From: Lytechinus pictus
Taxonomy: Eukaryota
Length of the DNA: 64,000 bases
NCBI RefSeq assembly: GCF_037042905.1
Contig: NC_087252.1
Location: 21,020,001 to 21,084,000, forward strand
Reading direction: 5' to 3'
The position numbers and the translations under genes are program-made. Position 1 is the first letter of the stretch. Each line of letters starts with the position of its first letter. The notes below the pieces were generated by a model, which was not told where the DNA came from, made no database searches, and saw nothing but the letters and a program-made list of their open reading frames with translations. Positions 25,601 to 40,600 of this stretch are shown one piece after another.

Positions 25601-28600
25601 AAAAAAAAAATAGCCAACATGCTTTCAGTCATGACATCACAATTTTATATGCAATTTTTATGTAAATGCTTAACCCTAAACAGGCCGGGGGGGTTGAATC
25701 AACCCCCCCCCCCCTCAACATTTTCTGCGATCCTTCCACCTCGCGAAATTTTTTGACCGGGCCACTCGCAGAGTTTATACTTTTAAGTCTCGCGCATCTT
25801 TTGAGACCAAATTTACGATGCCCGCATACGCGGTTCCTAAATTACGCAACATTTCGTAAGTGCATGTCAGACCAAAAATTGTTCCAAAACATGATTTTGT
25901 GTACATACAAAGTCAATGCAAATTGAGTTTTCTCATCTTATTCATAAAGATATGATTATTTTTACTTTAAACAGCTGAAATCAATTGATTTTAGCATAAT
26001 TATGCTTCAAAAAGGTTGTGCAATAAATCTGGTGAAAAAAACAAAGAAAAACAAAAAGTTGAAAAACAAAGAAATACATAAGAAATTCATAAAACAATAA
26101 AATACATAAGAAATTGATTTCCAAACCAAAGTTTTTTTCCATTGTGATTGTTAAGAATGCTACAAAAAAATATTTTTACCAAAAATTAGCATTCTAGGAG
26201 CTTTATTTAGTGAATTAGAGCAAAAAGTATGATTTATGCATAAATTTATGATTTTATTGTTTGTTGCCACTTTTTACGAAAGAAAATATGTTGCTTGCCT
26301 CTGCAAATTGTTTAAGATTTTGTGTAAGCCTGCCATTTATCGATTATAACTTTCTTACTCGGTATCATAGTGAGAAAAGCTGTGCAAAATGAAAAAAAGA
26401 AATATTGCCATTTTGTTGCCATTGTGTCGCTGTTTCATGTAATAAAGCCTAAGGGGGATAATAATAAATAATGAATTGGACAAAATTTACTGTTTTTTAG
26501 CTGTATTTGAAAAAGACTGTCCAACGGCTACAAAACATCATAACGAGGGAGATAAAAGGGTCACGAAACGGCTACCATACAGCAAAGTGGTCGCTGTGTT
26601 CATTGCAGTCCCATGAACCGAGATTAATGTTGGGTTATTGTTTGGTTTTCAGCAACCCTATGATGGAGGAGCATGTTAGAGCAATCCGGAGTATGTGGCA
26701 GGACTGTCTTGCAACCAACCAACGGGCTGTTTCTAAAGCTCAGGTAATAAGCCTATTGGGTTTCCCAGCCCACCAGGGAAAATTATTTTTATCTTTTTCC
26801 AGTCAGGACAAGTCAAAAGAATTAAAGAAAAATGCCCAAACTTAGGGGAAAATCAGGGAATTTTGATTGACCCGAAAATTGGAAGTAGTTGGTCAGACTA
26901 TTTCTGGTACATACTGAAGTAAATCCAGTGGATGACTGACTATGGTGTAGGCTCAGCTGTAGTGCATGACCTAAATAAGGCCTCTAACTTTCAACATGAA
27001 TGTGTATACTCAAAAGCCAGAAGGGAGTAGTGCCCGTGAAATAATTCAATTCAATTCAATTAAAAAATGGTCTTTATTGATAATCAAACATGTTAACAAT
27101 CATACATGAAAAAACAGCAAGAGCTGGAAAAATCATGTTTACAAGTTGGTGTTGGTACATTATTAAATACATAATAAAAATTATCTTGCAATTTTGAGAC
27201 TCCGTCAGGAAAAAAATCAAGGATTTTTTTTTTTTAATGTTATGATCGCTGACAATCAAACTGTCATATTTTCAGTGATAATATCCATTTTTGTGCTAAG
27301 ATTGTTGTATTAGGTATGGCAATTGTGACTACATTATCTTTAATTTTCCCTAACTATAGGGTCGTCCGAAGGTTTTTTTTTCTTCTAAATTTTACGATTT
27401 TTGAATTTTATATCATTCTCGTTTGTAAGAAGAAAATAAACCAAGCTGCCTTGTACAAGTGAAATTCACAAAATGCAAACCAAGATAAATAAAGAATAAC
27501 AGAGAAAAGGAAAAAATGCATCAGCACAAAGAAGATATTATCAAAAAATTCCAATTTACAAGAGAGAAATATTTGAGATTAAGAAAGTGCTTGAAAGAAT
27601 TATCTGACTTGCTTTTAGTTACATACTAGTATTTAGGAATGGAATTCCAAATCACAGGGAAATTAGGGAGGGAGCGTTGTGGCCCAGTGGATTAGTCTCC
27701 GGACTTTGAAAGAGAGGGTCGTGGGTTCAAATCCCAGCCATGGCGCAGTTTCCTTCAGCAATTTATTCATTTACATTGTGCTGCCCTCAACACAGGTGAG
27801 GTGAATGGGAACCTGGCAGGAATTTATTCCTTGAAATGCCGAGCGCTGGAAGCTAGCTGCCTGAGCTTCAGCCGGGGTAATAATATCCAAGTCCTTTGCA
27901 AGCGCATAGAGACGTTATTTATTATGTGTTATGCGCTGTTCAAGAACTGACTACTATTAAAGCACTATTGACTGGCCTCAAGGCGATACGACATATATCG
28001 CCCAAACTAGATTTATATCGCCCGAGTCGTAGACGAAGGTGATATCAATTTAGTGAGGGCGATGTATGTCCTTTCGCCCCCCTGGCCAGTAAATATTGCT
28101 ATTATTAACCATATCAGACATCTAGAGCAAAAATCGTTAAAATTTAGATATTTTAATTTTTTAGAATGAGAATCTAGTTTCTCATCTTGAGCAGACTGGG
28201 CCTCTGAACTTTACCATTGTGACGTAATTGAAATGACGCATCCCTGGCAGAGGGACGCAGTATCCAGCGTTGTCTCAACTAGATTACCATTATGACGTAT
28301 AGCGCTGCGCGGTTCAAGGACGCGTACAAAAACGTGTAGAGTATCCGGATGTTAACTCTGCCTTATTGCCCGTTAATTTCCACGCATTTTCTCATTGACT
28401 TTCCTGAGCGGGCAATAAATTGGGCCCGTCGATAAACAATTGGAATTTTATTGACCGGCCATTTGATCCCAGTCTTCAGCAGGCAACAATGTTTCAAAGT
28501 TGCCCTGCTCAGATGTCTGATACGGTTAATAATATTTTTTATTTTTTAGCATTATTACTTTTGTGATGTCAAGGTCACATCACAACTGTTGACGTTCTAA

Positions 28601-31600
28601 TTTGTTTTGTTCCCAGAATGAATACCAAGCTCAGATGATATCCATTCAGAACGGAGGTGCCTTAGACGCCATGAAGCCAGTCGAAGTCCCTGCTCCCTAC
28701 AAACCAGAGGGTCTCGTCAAAGTAAGTCCAGCCCTTGCTTTATTTAAAGGTATTGTTTAACTTTGCGAGCAGCCGATTTAAAAAATTCTCAAACCAAGAT
28801 GAAACATGTGTACAAGAGCATGTATTAGAACTAATAAACCCTGAAAACAACCATTATTGAGAATGAAAAGCTAAAACTACAAGGCAAACCCCGATTTTGT
28901 AAATAGGTGTCTTATAGACGCCTAAATAGTACATTTAAGTGTATGGGATGAAATTAAGATGGTGTTTTCGGTCACTTTATATTTCAATTTTTGAAGCACT
29001 AAATAATTTTCGAACGCAATTTTTTCTGGGCTTCATTTTTGTAACATATCACAGACACACGTAGTCTAGTAGATATGTGAAAAAGATGCTCAAATCTGGC
29101 AGAAAGTGTGAAATTTGGCATACAGGGGTATTTTTGGGCGCTGATTTCAAAAATTGCCGGCCCCAAGCGATTTGACCATCGGGTCGGCCGCCATTTTGAA
29201 ATCCAAGATGGCCGCCATCATAAATCATTAAATGTCAATTTCTTGAGTTTTACATGACATGTGACACTGAAATTTGGCATATAGGGGTATTTTGAGGCAC
29301 TGATTTCAAATATTGCCGGCCCCCAGCAATTTGACCATTCGGTCGACGGCAAAATGGCCGCCATCTTGAAATCCAAGATGGCCACCATGATATATTATTG
29401 CAATCATTTTCTCGAGTTTATATTAACTGCGGTATTGAAATTTGGCATATAGGCTTAATTTGGGGTGCTGATTTCAAATATTGCTGGCCCCAAGTGATTT
29501 GACCATCGGGTCGGCCGCCATTGTGAAATCCAAGATGGCCGCCCTGAGAAATCATTAATGTCACTTTCTTGAGTTTCACATGATGTGTGACATTGAAATT
29601 CGGTATGTTGGGGTATTTTTAGGCACTGATTTCAAATATTGCCGGCCCCCAGCAATTTGACCATTTGGTCGGCGGCTAAATGGCCGCCATTTTGAAATCC
29701 AAGATGGCCACCATGAAAAATCATTAAATGTCATTTTCTTGAGTTTTACATGAATTGTGACACTAAAATTTGGCATATTGGCTTAATTCGGGCTGCTGAT
29801 TTCAAATATTGCCGGCCTCAAGTGATTTGACCATCGGGTCGGCTGCCATTTTGAAATCCAAGATGGCCGCCATGAAAAATCATTAATGTAATTTTCTTGA
29901 GTTTTACATGACGTGTGACACTGAAATTTGGCAAATATGGGTATTTTTAGGCACTGATTTCAAATATTGCCGGCTCCCAGTTATTTGACCTCCAGGTCAG
30001 CGGCAAAACGGCAGCCATCTTAAAATCTAACATGGCCGCCATGAAATATCGTTGCAATAATTTTCTCTAGTTTTGTATGAGCTATGGTATTGAAATTTAG
30101 CATATACAGTGTAGGTGTAGTTTAGGGCACTTATTTCAAATAGTCTTACCACCAGGTCAGCCGCCATCTTGAAATCTAAGATGGCCACCAAGAAAATCAC
30201 TAAAATCATTTTCTTGAATTTTACATGTGCTCTGAACTTTGGCAAATAGAGTACCTATTTTTGGGTGCTGATTTCAAATATTGCCATCCACAAGTGATCT
30301 GACCATCAGTTCAGCGGCAAGATGGCTGCCATGATAAACCATATCAAAATAATTTTCTTGGATTTTACATTATATATGACACCAAACTTTGGCATACAGA
30401 AGTACGTGGCACTGATTTTTGCCGGCCACCAGCAATGTAACCACCGGGTTTCGGCAAAATGACCGCCATGAATTAAAAGCAATGATAATTGTCTTGAGTT
30501 TTACATGAACTCTGGCCCTGAAAGTTATCATATAGGCATATATTTAGGCACTGATTATTGTCAGACCCCTGTTTGGTTGCCATTTTGAAATACAAGATGG
30601 CCGCCATGAAAGATAATTTGCTCAAGTCTTACGTACGGCCTTTAACACTTTGAATTTGGAGAAAAACTTGATCTTTGCATCCTTGATCAATGAAAAAAAA
30701 ACATATTAAATAGATGCTATTTTGAATTCCAATATGGTTACCAAGTTTGAATGATGTACATTATAATGGTGAATAAAACCCATTGTATTGGCACCGAAAA
30801 CAAATCCAACACAACCACATCTTTGTCCGTTGCAAGGATTATAATACTTTGGCACCCTTTATTGCTGATATAGATGTTACGTAAGTATGAAGCACCATGA
30901 ATACACAAACCAGCTAGCTTCTTCTGCAGTTTACACATTTGAAGTGGCTTTGGTTGAATAATAACCATCCGGAACAATCATTTTCTGTTGAGAGGCTGTA
31001 AATTATTTCTTTGAGTTTTATATGATCTGCAGTATTGCAGTTTGACATATCGATGGAGTGCGGGGTGCTTATTTCAAATATTGCTGGCCCTCGGCGATCT
31101 GATCCCCTGAGTCAGAAGCAAAATGTCATCCATCTTGAAATCCAAGATGGCTGCCATTAAAAAAGATGTTATGTATTATTTTAAAATTTGGCATCTAGGG
31201 ATATTGAAATTGCCCCCAGTAATCTGTCCAATAGATATGCTGCAAAATGGCCACCATCTTGAAATCTAGAGAGGATCGACTGTCATGAAACTTCATTAAA
31301 ATCATTTTCTTGGTTTTAAATAATTTGAGGCACTACATTTTAGACGTACAAGCAGGTTTGTGGCCTGCTGGTTTCAGAATATTGCTCCAATAATTGTGAT
31401 ATTTTATTACAAATCGACATGAAGAAAACTGCTCCAGACTTGAAGTACTGATGGTTATATAGTGGTATGATGATGATGATGATTAATTAATATTAATGAT
31501 GGATGATAATAATACATATTTTATTGTTCAAAATAGAATTCAGTAACAGAAATGCTCCGAAAATTTATTTTGCCCATACCCTGTAGATCGTGAGCCCGGC

Positions 31601-34600
31601 AGCAACTTAGCAGCGCCACATCGGACGTTGCTCTATCCCTTAAAAAGGGAAGTTTACCCCGGAGAAAAGTTTGTTGTAAAACCACAAGAAAATATGATAT
31701 TAAAAAAATATTGGTAAATCCATCTAAGATATCAGAATCTTAAGTTTTTGATTTGTGAAGTCATATACTGTACGAGCAGCTGCCCCATTATGTTGTGTGA
31801 TATAAAATGCATAAATGGTTCATCATGGGTAATTTTTTTTTCTTGAGCAGGTGTGAAATCATTTGTTTGTTGATATACTGAGGGTTCAATAAAAAACATT
31901 TTCATTTTTTTAGGATTTCAAGATGGCTGCCATTTTGCAGCTGAGGTATCACGGGCCTAAAACATTTCCCTAGACTCATGTGTTAAAGAGGCGCTCTAAA
32001 AAAAAATAAGGATGAAATTCGAGAACTGAATGTTTACTACCTGTCCAGTGGATAGGATATATGTCTGACATTCCATATCTGACCAGAAAAGGGTACCTCG
32101 ACCAGCTCATTTTAAAAATAAATCGGCATTTATGAAGACTACACCTGACAGGATCAAATTCATCACTTGAGACAGCAAAATGGCAATACTTCTCCCGCCA
32201 GTATAAAAATAGTTCCAAAGTGGTGATATATCTTCCCAATTTGAAAAAAGGAAGTTCAGTAAAGTTACCCTCCCTAGAATCAGTGTCAGATTATCAATCA
32301 TATTCATTCATTTTTGTCAATCAGCAATATCAAAATTAAAAATTGAGAATTAAATGGGTTGGCTCGAATGAATATCTTTGGCCCGTATAACCCTGAATCA
32401 GGGGATCAGATCGCTGAGGGCCAGCAATATTTGAAATAAGCTCCCCACACTACTTCTATACGTCAAAGTGCAATACCGCAGATCATATAAAACTCAACGA
32501 AATAATTGCAATATTTCTATGGCAGCCAGCTTCGAATTCAAGATGATGGCCATTTTTCCGCCGACCAATTGTCAGATTGCTTGGAGCCAGCAACTTTTTA
32601 AATGAACTCACCCAGATACCGATATACTACAAATTTCAGTGGCACATATTATGTAAAATTTAAGAAAATGAGTTCAATGATTATTCATGGCGGCCATATT
32701 GGATTTCAAATGGCGGCTGACCCGATGGTCAAATCGCTTGAGGCCGGCAATATTTGAAATCAGCACCCCGAATTAAGCCTATATGCCAAATTTCAGTGTC
32801 ACATATCATGTAAAACTCAAGAAAATGGCATTTAATGATTTTTCATGGCGGCCATCTTGGATTTCAAAATGGCGGCCATTTAGCCGCTGACCAAGTGGTC
32901 AAATTGCTGGTGGCTGGCAATATTTGAAATCAGTGCCTAAAAACACCCTAACTTACCAAATGTCAGTGTCACACGTCATGTAAAACTCAAGAAAATGACA
33001 TTTATAATTTCAAAATGGCGGCCATCTTGGATTTCAAAATGGCGGCCGACCCGATGGTCAAATCACTTGGGGCCAGCAATATTTGAAATCAGCAGCCCAA
33101 ATTAAGCCTATATGCCAAATTTCAATACCGCAGTTCATATAAAACTCGAGAAAATGATTGCAATAATATATCATGGTGGCCATCTTGAATTTCAAGATGG
33201 CGGCCATTTTGCCGCCGACCAAATGGTCAAATTGCTGGGGGCCGGCAATATTTGAAATCAGTGCCTCAAAATACCCCTATATGCCACATTTCAGTGTCAC
33301 ATGCCATGTAAAACTCAAGAAATTGACATTTAATGATATTTCATGGCGGCCATCTTGGATTTCAAAATGGCGGCCGACCCGATGGTCAAATCGCTTGGGG
33401 CCGGCAATTTTTTAAATCAGCGCCCAAAAATACCTCTGTATGCCAAATTTCACACTTTCTGCCAGATCCGAGCATCTTGGCCATTTTTTGTCACATAACC
33501 GCTCCACTAACGTGACAAGTGTGACCTTCTAGCTCAGATTTTTAAAAAGTCAAACCAATGTTAACCAATCACTTTAAAGGACAAGTCCACCTCAGAAAAA
33601 TGTTCATTTGAATCAATAGAGAAAAATCAGACAAGCATAATGCTGAAAATTTCGTCAAAATCGGTTGTAAAATAAGAAAGTTATGACATTTTAAAGTTTT
33701 GCTTAATTTCACAGAGCAGTTACATGCATATCCTGGTTGGTATGCAAATGAGGAGACTGATGACGTCATCCACTCACTATTTCTTTGCATTATTTAAAGT
33801 GAGGACACACATGTGTGTGGAGCGTACATTCTAGCCAAAGTCTTATGGAACACTGAGGACATCATGCCTTGGGAGCATTTAATCAACATTTGTCATCTGA
33901 CAAGTTGTCGGGTGACTCGGGTCTGAAAAATTTTCCAGACTAAAAATCACCCAGTGTTTCATATTTGTCCTCATTTGTTGGATTCACACTTGTTTTTTTC
34001 CTAGGGGAGAAGATACTCTCCCCATTATTATTGATCATCCCCTTCACACCTTTTTCCACTTTTCCATTTCTCTCAAGGGTGGAGGCTTCGGAGCCGGTAG
34101 TTCCCCCACCGGTCCGCCATCCATGCCGTCGCCTGCCACCATGACCCAACCCGGCATGGGTGGATCAGGGTCATGGTTGATGTCAGGCCCGAGGCAGGGC
34201 GGGGCAGACCCTAGGATGCAGGCAGGGACACCACCGGTAGTAGACCCCCAGGAGGGGATGATGCCATCTTCGATGATGGAGGAAGCGCTGCAGAACAGTG
34301 GTGGGTTATGTTATTTATCAGTAGTGGTAGTATTGTTGTAATTATGCATTACCTTCAGTAATCGGCAAAGTGGGCAAAGTGCGTTATTATTATCTTCATC
34401 ATCATAATGATCATTTTCATAATCATCCCTGTCATCACGAACATCATCATACTCATCATCATAACTATCACCATCTTCATCACTATCCTCATCATCTTCA
34501 TCATCATCATATTCATCTTCAATACTGTCATCATCATCATCTTCATCACTATCATCATCTTCATCACTATCATCATCATCTTCATCACTGTCATCATCAT

Positions 34601-37600
34601 CTTCATCACTGTCATCATCATCATCATCACTGTCATCGTCATCTTCATCACTATCATCATCTTTATCACTATCATCATCATCTTCATCACTATCATCATC
34701 ATCATCTTCACCACCATCATCCATCGTCATTATCATCATCATCACTATCATCTTTATCACTGTCATCATCATCATCTTCATCACTATCATCATCATCACT
34801 ATCATCTTCATCACTGTCATCATCTTCATCACTATCATCATCATCACTATCATCATCATCACTATCATCTTCATCACTGTCATCATCATCTTCATCACTA
34901 TCATCATCATCTTCATCACTATCATCATCATCATCTTCACCACCATCATCCATCATCACTATCATCATCATCACTATCATCTTCACCACTGTCATCATCT
35001 TCATCACTATCATCATCATCACTATCATCATCATCACTATCATCTTCATCACTATCATCATCATCACTATCATCTTCATCACTGTCATCATCATCTTCAT
35101 CACTATCATCATCCATCATCAGCTTGTCCATGTTTGGAAGAAAAAATGAAAGCTGTTGGATGTATCTGTGTTAAAAGGACAAATATGTTATCCCTGTCTC
35201 TTTCACATGTAATTTTTTGTTAATCATTAATAGGTGGAATGGAAAACCAATTTGCTTCCCAGCCCCAAAGCATCAGTGAAGCTCAACGCAAAGCCAGGGC
35301 TATTGAACAAGCTGAGGCTATGGTGGAGGCCCAAGCACAAGCCCAAGCACAAGCCCAGGCTCAAGCACAGGCACAAGCCCAGGCTCAAGCACATGCTCAA
35401 GCCCAGGCACAAGCCCAACAGCTACAGCAAGCCCAATTGCAAGCCATGTCTCGAGCCCAAACACCACCCATGGTTTCACAGGGAGAGGGAGTCGTCCAGC
35501 ACGGTGCTATGTCGGGCAATGGTTTTAACCACCACCAGCATCCAAATGGTCAGTCTGGTCCTGACTCTGGAGCATCCAGGAAAACTTTCAGTAAGTTGTT
35601 GTCTAAGTTTCTACCTCACATTGTTTCATTAAGATATTCTGTCAACCATTTCAACTAATATAGATTTACATCCACCAATCATGATGATTTTCTATGGTTA
35701 CATCATGTAAACAAATTTGTCTTTCCTTTCCTATTTTTGCATCCTGCAACTAAGTTAAATGCTCTTTATGAATCAATCAAGCCTTATATAATATTGTCTT
35801 AAGTTATAAAGACCATATTAACTGTCTACTTTAAGGGCAGCATTTATAACAGTATTGTAGGAATCCTGTGAAATCATCCACCCTTCCCCCCCCCCCCCCA
35901 AATCCCAACTTTTTTGCGCCCTCAAAATATTGCAAATTGATGCGTTTTGTTTCAGATCACAGAATATAATTGAGGATCAATTGCAATATGAGTCCGGTTT
36001 CATTGTATCAGGATTTTTGTAAGAAAGCCCAGGGGATCATTTCATGAAGAGTTTTGTGAGTGATTTTCGCTGGCTAATTTGCTCTCAGCCAATCAGATGG
36101 AAGGATTTTCAGTAGCTTACAACATCTGTCAGTCAAAATCACTGACGAAACGGACCATGAAACGCTCCTCAGGGCCCAGTAACATATAGTTCAGCAATTG
36201 ATCATGAGGCTGATGTTTATGATTGATCTGAAACAATAATCAGTGCAATCAAACACAGAAATCTGGGCCCCGTTGTACAAAGAGTTACGATTGATCCGAT
36301 CAATCATAACTATGGCAAGCCAGCAAAGTCAACATACGAAATGCATGTGTGTTCAAAAAAAATTCTAGATATGAATGCATATCCATAAATTCATTGATTT
36401 CTTGACAATTTGGGGTGTTCTCCTTTGATTACAAAGGACATTTTGCAAATTTCCTGTAGAAAAAATTATGACACTGATGGATTTCCATAGAGTTGCGATT
36501 GATCGGATCAATCGTAACTCTTTGTACAACGGGGCCCAGATCAAATTATCAACTTTCAAGCTTTATCTTACAGGTCTTAACAAGAGTTACCATTGATCCA
36601 ATCAATTGTAACTCTATGGAAATCCATCAGTGTCATAAATTTTTCTACAGGAAATTTGCACAATGTTCTTTGTAAACAAAGAGAAGCACAGTGAATTTTT
36701 AAGAAAACAATGCATGAATATACATCCTAGCTAGAAAATATTTTGAACAAACGTGCATAATACATGTTGACGTTACTGGTCGTCCATAGCTGCGATTGAT
36801 CCGATCAATCGCAACTCTTTGTTTGTAAGACAGGGCCATGGTCTATCAAATTGGCATCGCTTTACTCTTGAGATTATCATAGATTGATTGATCAGGCTAA
36901 TATAATTACTCTTTTTCTCTTCACATCCCATCTTATCTCCACAAAAATCAGCCGTTCCACCGAACATGCAACACGCCCAGCATCAGATCCAGATGTCGCA
37001 GCAACAAGCGGCCCGCAACCAACAACTTGCAGCCATGCAACACCAGCAACAACAGATGCTTGCTGCTCGGCAACAGTTTATGGAGCAGCAGGTCGCACGC
37101 CCCAAGAACAGCTTTGAAAGAATAATGCTAAGACTGCATGGTATCTACTCAAGTTACAACAAGTAAGTGTGTGCTGAATAGATATTACATGGACAGTGCA
37201 TTTCTTTTGGGAAATTCAGATGGTATGTGAGGTTTATACTTCTTTTTGAGTCATTGAAGAAGATAGTTATATAATTATTAGTAGATTATCAAATATACAT
37301 AGTGATTGCACTAGTTACTGATTATGCTAAATTGTGTAGTAGGTTTCACGGTACACCATGTATCTTTCTTTGGCAAGTGTTGGTCCTGAAAAGGACCACC
37401 CAATCTCAACGTTTTGACAAGTTTGTTCTTGTCGTCTTCAGGAGAATGATAATGATTATAAAGATAATGATGATAATGATTGATGAGGATAATGATTATG
37501 ATAATGATTAATAATTGATAAAGATACTAATAGTTCGACTACTGTAACAACAACAACTATTACTACTACTACTACTACTACTACTACTGCTACTACTTTT

Positions 37601-40600
37601 AGTAGTTGCAGTAAAACAACTTCTTAGTTAAAGTTTTTAACCCTAACTAGGCCGGGCTTTTTTGGCTGTTCTGTGGCCGGGGGGGGGGGGTTGATTCAAC
37701 CCCCACCCCCTGAGATCTCGGCCGCCGATCGCGCGAGCGCCGCAAAAATTTGCATGCTGGTAGTGTGCGATGAAATCTACAAGGCTGTATGGTAAAATTT
37801 TCCAAAATAATGAGATTTTATTTCATATGAATTAATTATGCTAATTTATGCATAAATCATACTTTTTGCTCTAATTCACTAAATGAAGCTCCTAGAATGC
37901 TAATTTTTGGTAAAAATATTCTTTGTAGCATTCTTAACAATTGCAATTGAAAAAAACTTCGGTTTGAAAATCAATTTCTTATGTATTTCATTGTTTTATG
38001 AATTTATGTATTTCTTTGTTTTTCAACCTTTTGTTTTTCTTTGTTTTTTTCACCAGATTTATTGCACAACCTTTTTGAAGCATAATTATGCTAAAATCAA
38101 TTGCTTTCAGCTGTTTAAAGTAAAAATAATCATATCTTTATGAATAAGATGAGAAAAACTCAATTTGCATTGACTTTGTACACAAAATCACGTTTTGGAA
38201 CAATTTTTGGTCTGACATGCACTTACAAAATGTTGCGTAATTTCGGAACCGCGTACCCAGGCGTCATAAATTTGGTCTCAAAAGATGCGCGAGACTTAAA
38301 AGTATAAACTCTACGAGTGGCGCGGTCAAAAAATTTCGCGCGGCGGAATGATCTCAGAAAATGTTGAGGGGGGGGTTGATTCAACCCCCCCCCCCCCTGG
38401 CCATTTGAGGGTTAAACAACATTAACCACAATAATGTCCTTATTTGCACAAAGTAGCCACATCAGCTCTTATGAACTGCTCTCCCAGCGTTTGCACATAA
38501 AGAACCCTTTGCACCATTTGTATAAGAGTCAGGGGAAACCCCGGTGTAGTAATCTTTCTGCACCCCCCCCCATCAGTTATATCGGGAGGAGAATCCTGTG
38601 GTTCATATCGTTTTTCACCTTCCAGGCACAGGTGATGTCAAACGTTAATAATCTAGTAATTTCCTTCGTGTTCTGACATTCACATTTGATGTGTTGTTTA
38701 CAGGGTCCAGTTGACTGGGTTTTTGAAGGATGTCCGCACCTCAAACAACGGCTCCCTCTCTGGTCTGTCGGTCGACGACATCATCCGTCGCGTCGGTGAG
38801 CTCGTCCGCCAACGCCAACGAGAGACCGCAGGCAATGCCTCCCAGGTGAGAAGTATTCAAATATGCTGTAAATTTTTTTTTTTTCTATCTTCTCTATGTT
38901 TTAAAGTTGGAAAATTATATTGCACAGGCATAACGTCCAGGATATCATGTCCAATAAAGTTCCAATATACCAGGGTTTTTTTTTTCAGAGTCAAGTATTT
39001 CTTAAGGGTCATGCTTAAAAATCAATACAAACATATTACTTAACACGCAGTCTGGTTGACGAATACGCAGTAGTGTGTGTCCCGTTTGCATGATCTGACC
39101 AATGCGGTGATACGTTAAATACCGCATGCAACTGAAATTGAAATGCAACTCTTGATCACACTTAACTCCTTATGAAACACTCCCAGTTCGTAGTTTCATT
39201 CTATATATGAGGAGAAGGTCACTTGAACTCGAATGACATGGTGATTTCATATTCAATGAGACAAGCCCCAACATTGGTGTCTTGATTATTCATATTCTTT
39301 TGAATAGTGCTTTACATTAGATCCACCAATGAATTCCTCAGTGACTGGTACTTAAAAGTTGACCAAGTACATCCATAACAACATGCTAATGGGTACAAAG
39401 TAGAAATGCAACAAGTACCTTCATAAAGAGTTCATAACTCCGAACAGGGACCCCGTTTCACAAAGAGTTACAACTGTTGTAACTTTGCTATTATGGCAGC
39501 TACCATGGCAACCTTGATTCTGATTGGCTGCTGAGCTCTGTTACCATGGTAGTTGCCATAATGGCAAAGTTACAACAGTTGCAAGTCCTTTTATGAAACA
39601 GGTCCCTGGTCTGTACTTGGTAATCTTGCATCTTGGTGTTTGGAGCACAACGTAAAACACAAAACTGGTATATAAGAGAATAGAAAACTGGGGGTCTTTA
39701 TACCCCTGTCACACTTATTCGGAATCAGCAGGAATCGAGCAGAACCAGCCGGAATGAAGAACTTTCAAAATTCGTGCCACATTCGGAAGGGAATTTGAAA
39801 TTTTTACTACTTTTGCAAAAATGTCGTTCGAATACTTAGAACGTCCTTTGATCCTGCCTCGAATGATTCTTGCACATTCCGGGTGTATTGACTGTCGAAT
39901 GAAGCTCGAATATAGTCGGAACACAGGAAGAATATTAAGAATGCTGTTAGAATGCAGCAAGAATATTTAGAATGCAGTCAGAGAGCAATCAGAATGCACT
40001 TCGAATGTCGTTCGATATTTCTCCACTTCGAATGCACTTCAAAAGTTTTGAACATGAGCAAAACATTCGGGCCGGTCACAAGAATGGACCCGAATGTCTG
40101 GAATGCACTCAGAATGCAGTCAGAATTTTTAGAATGCGCTTCGAATATCCAGGAATGTACCAAGAATTTTCATTCCGGCGGCATTCCGGCTCATTCCGCC
40201 TCTAGTGTGACGGGGGTTTTAGCAATAACAAACTTAAAGAGAAAGTGAATCCTACAGTGGTGATAACGGTTACCATGTTCCTCTTGATTCTGCCCGACAG
40301 AGAATGCAGAGCAAAGGGTTCGCCAACCAGCAGGGCATGATGGGAGGGCGCCCTACAGCCCCGCCCGTCAACCAGCCAGTCAACCAGCAGCAACCCAAGC
40401 GCTCCTCCTACCATCCAGCTCCCACCCCATCCCAGCCGGCCTGGACCACCGTGGGTCACATCCAGAAGGGTCTCAACTGGCACAAGGAGCTTGTGGACGG
40501 GGAGGAGGGGGAGGAGGACCCCTGCGTCATATGCCATGATGAGATGAGTGGGGACGATATCTTGGAGATAGAGTGTGGACACATCTTCCATGGACGGGTG

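Noticed and set aside
34311..35174. Long poly-His/Ile/Met/Asp ORFs on both strands
   Set aside because: By-products of the (CAT)n microsatellite inside a phase-consistent intron.
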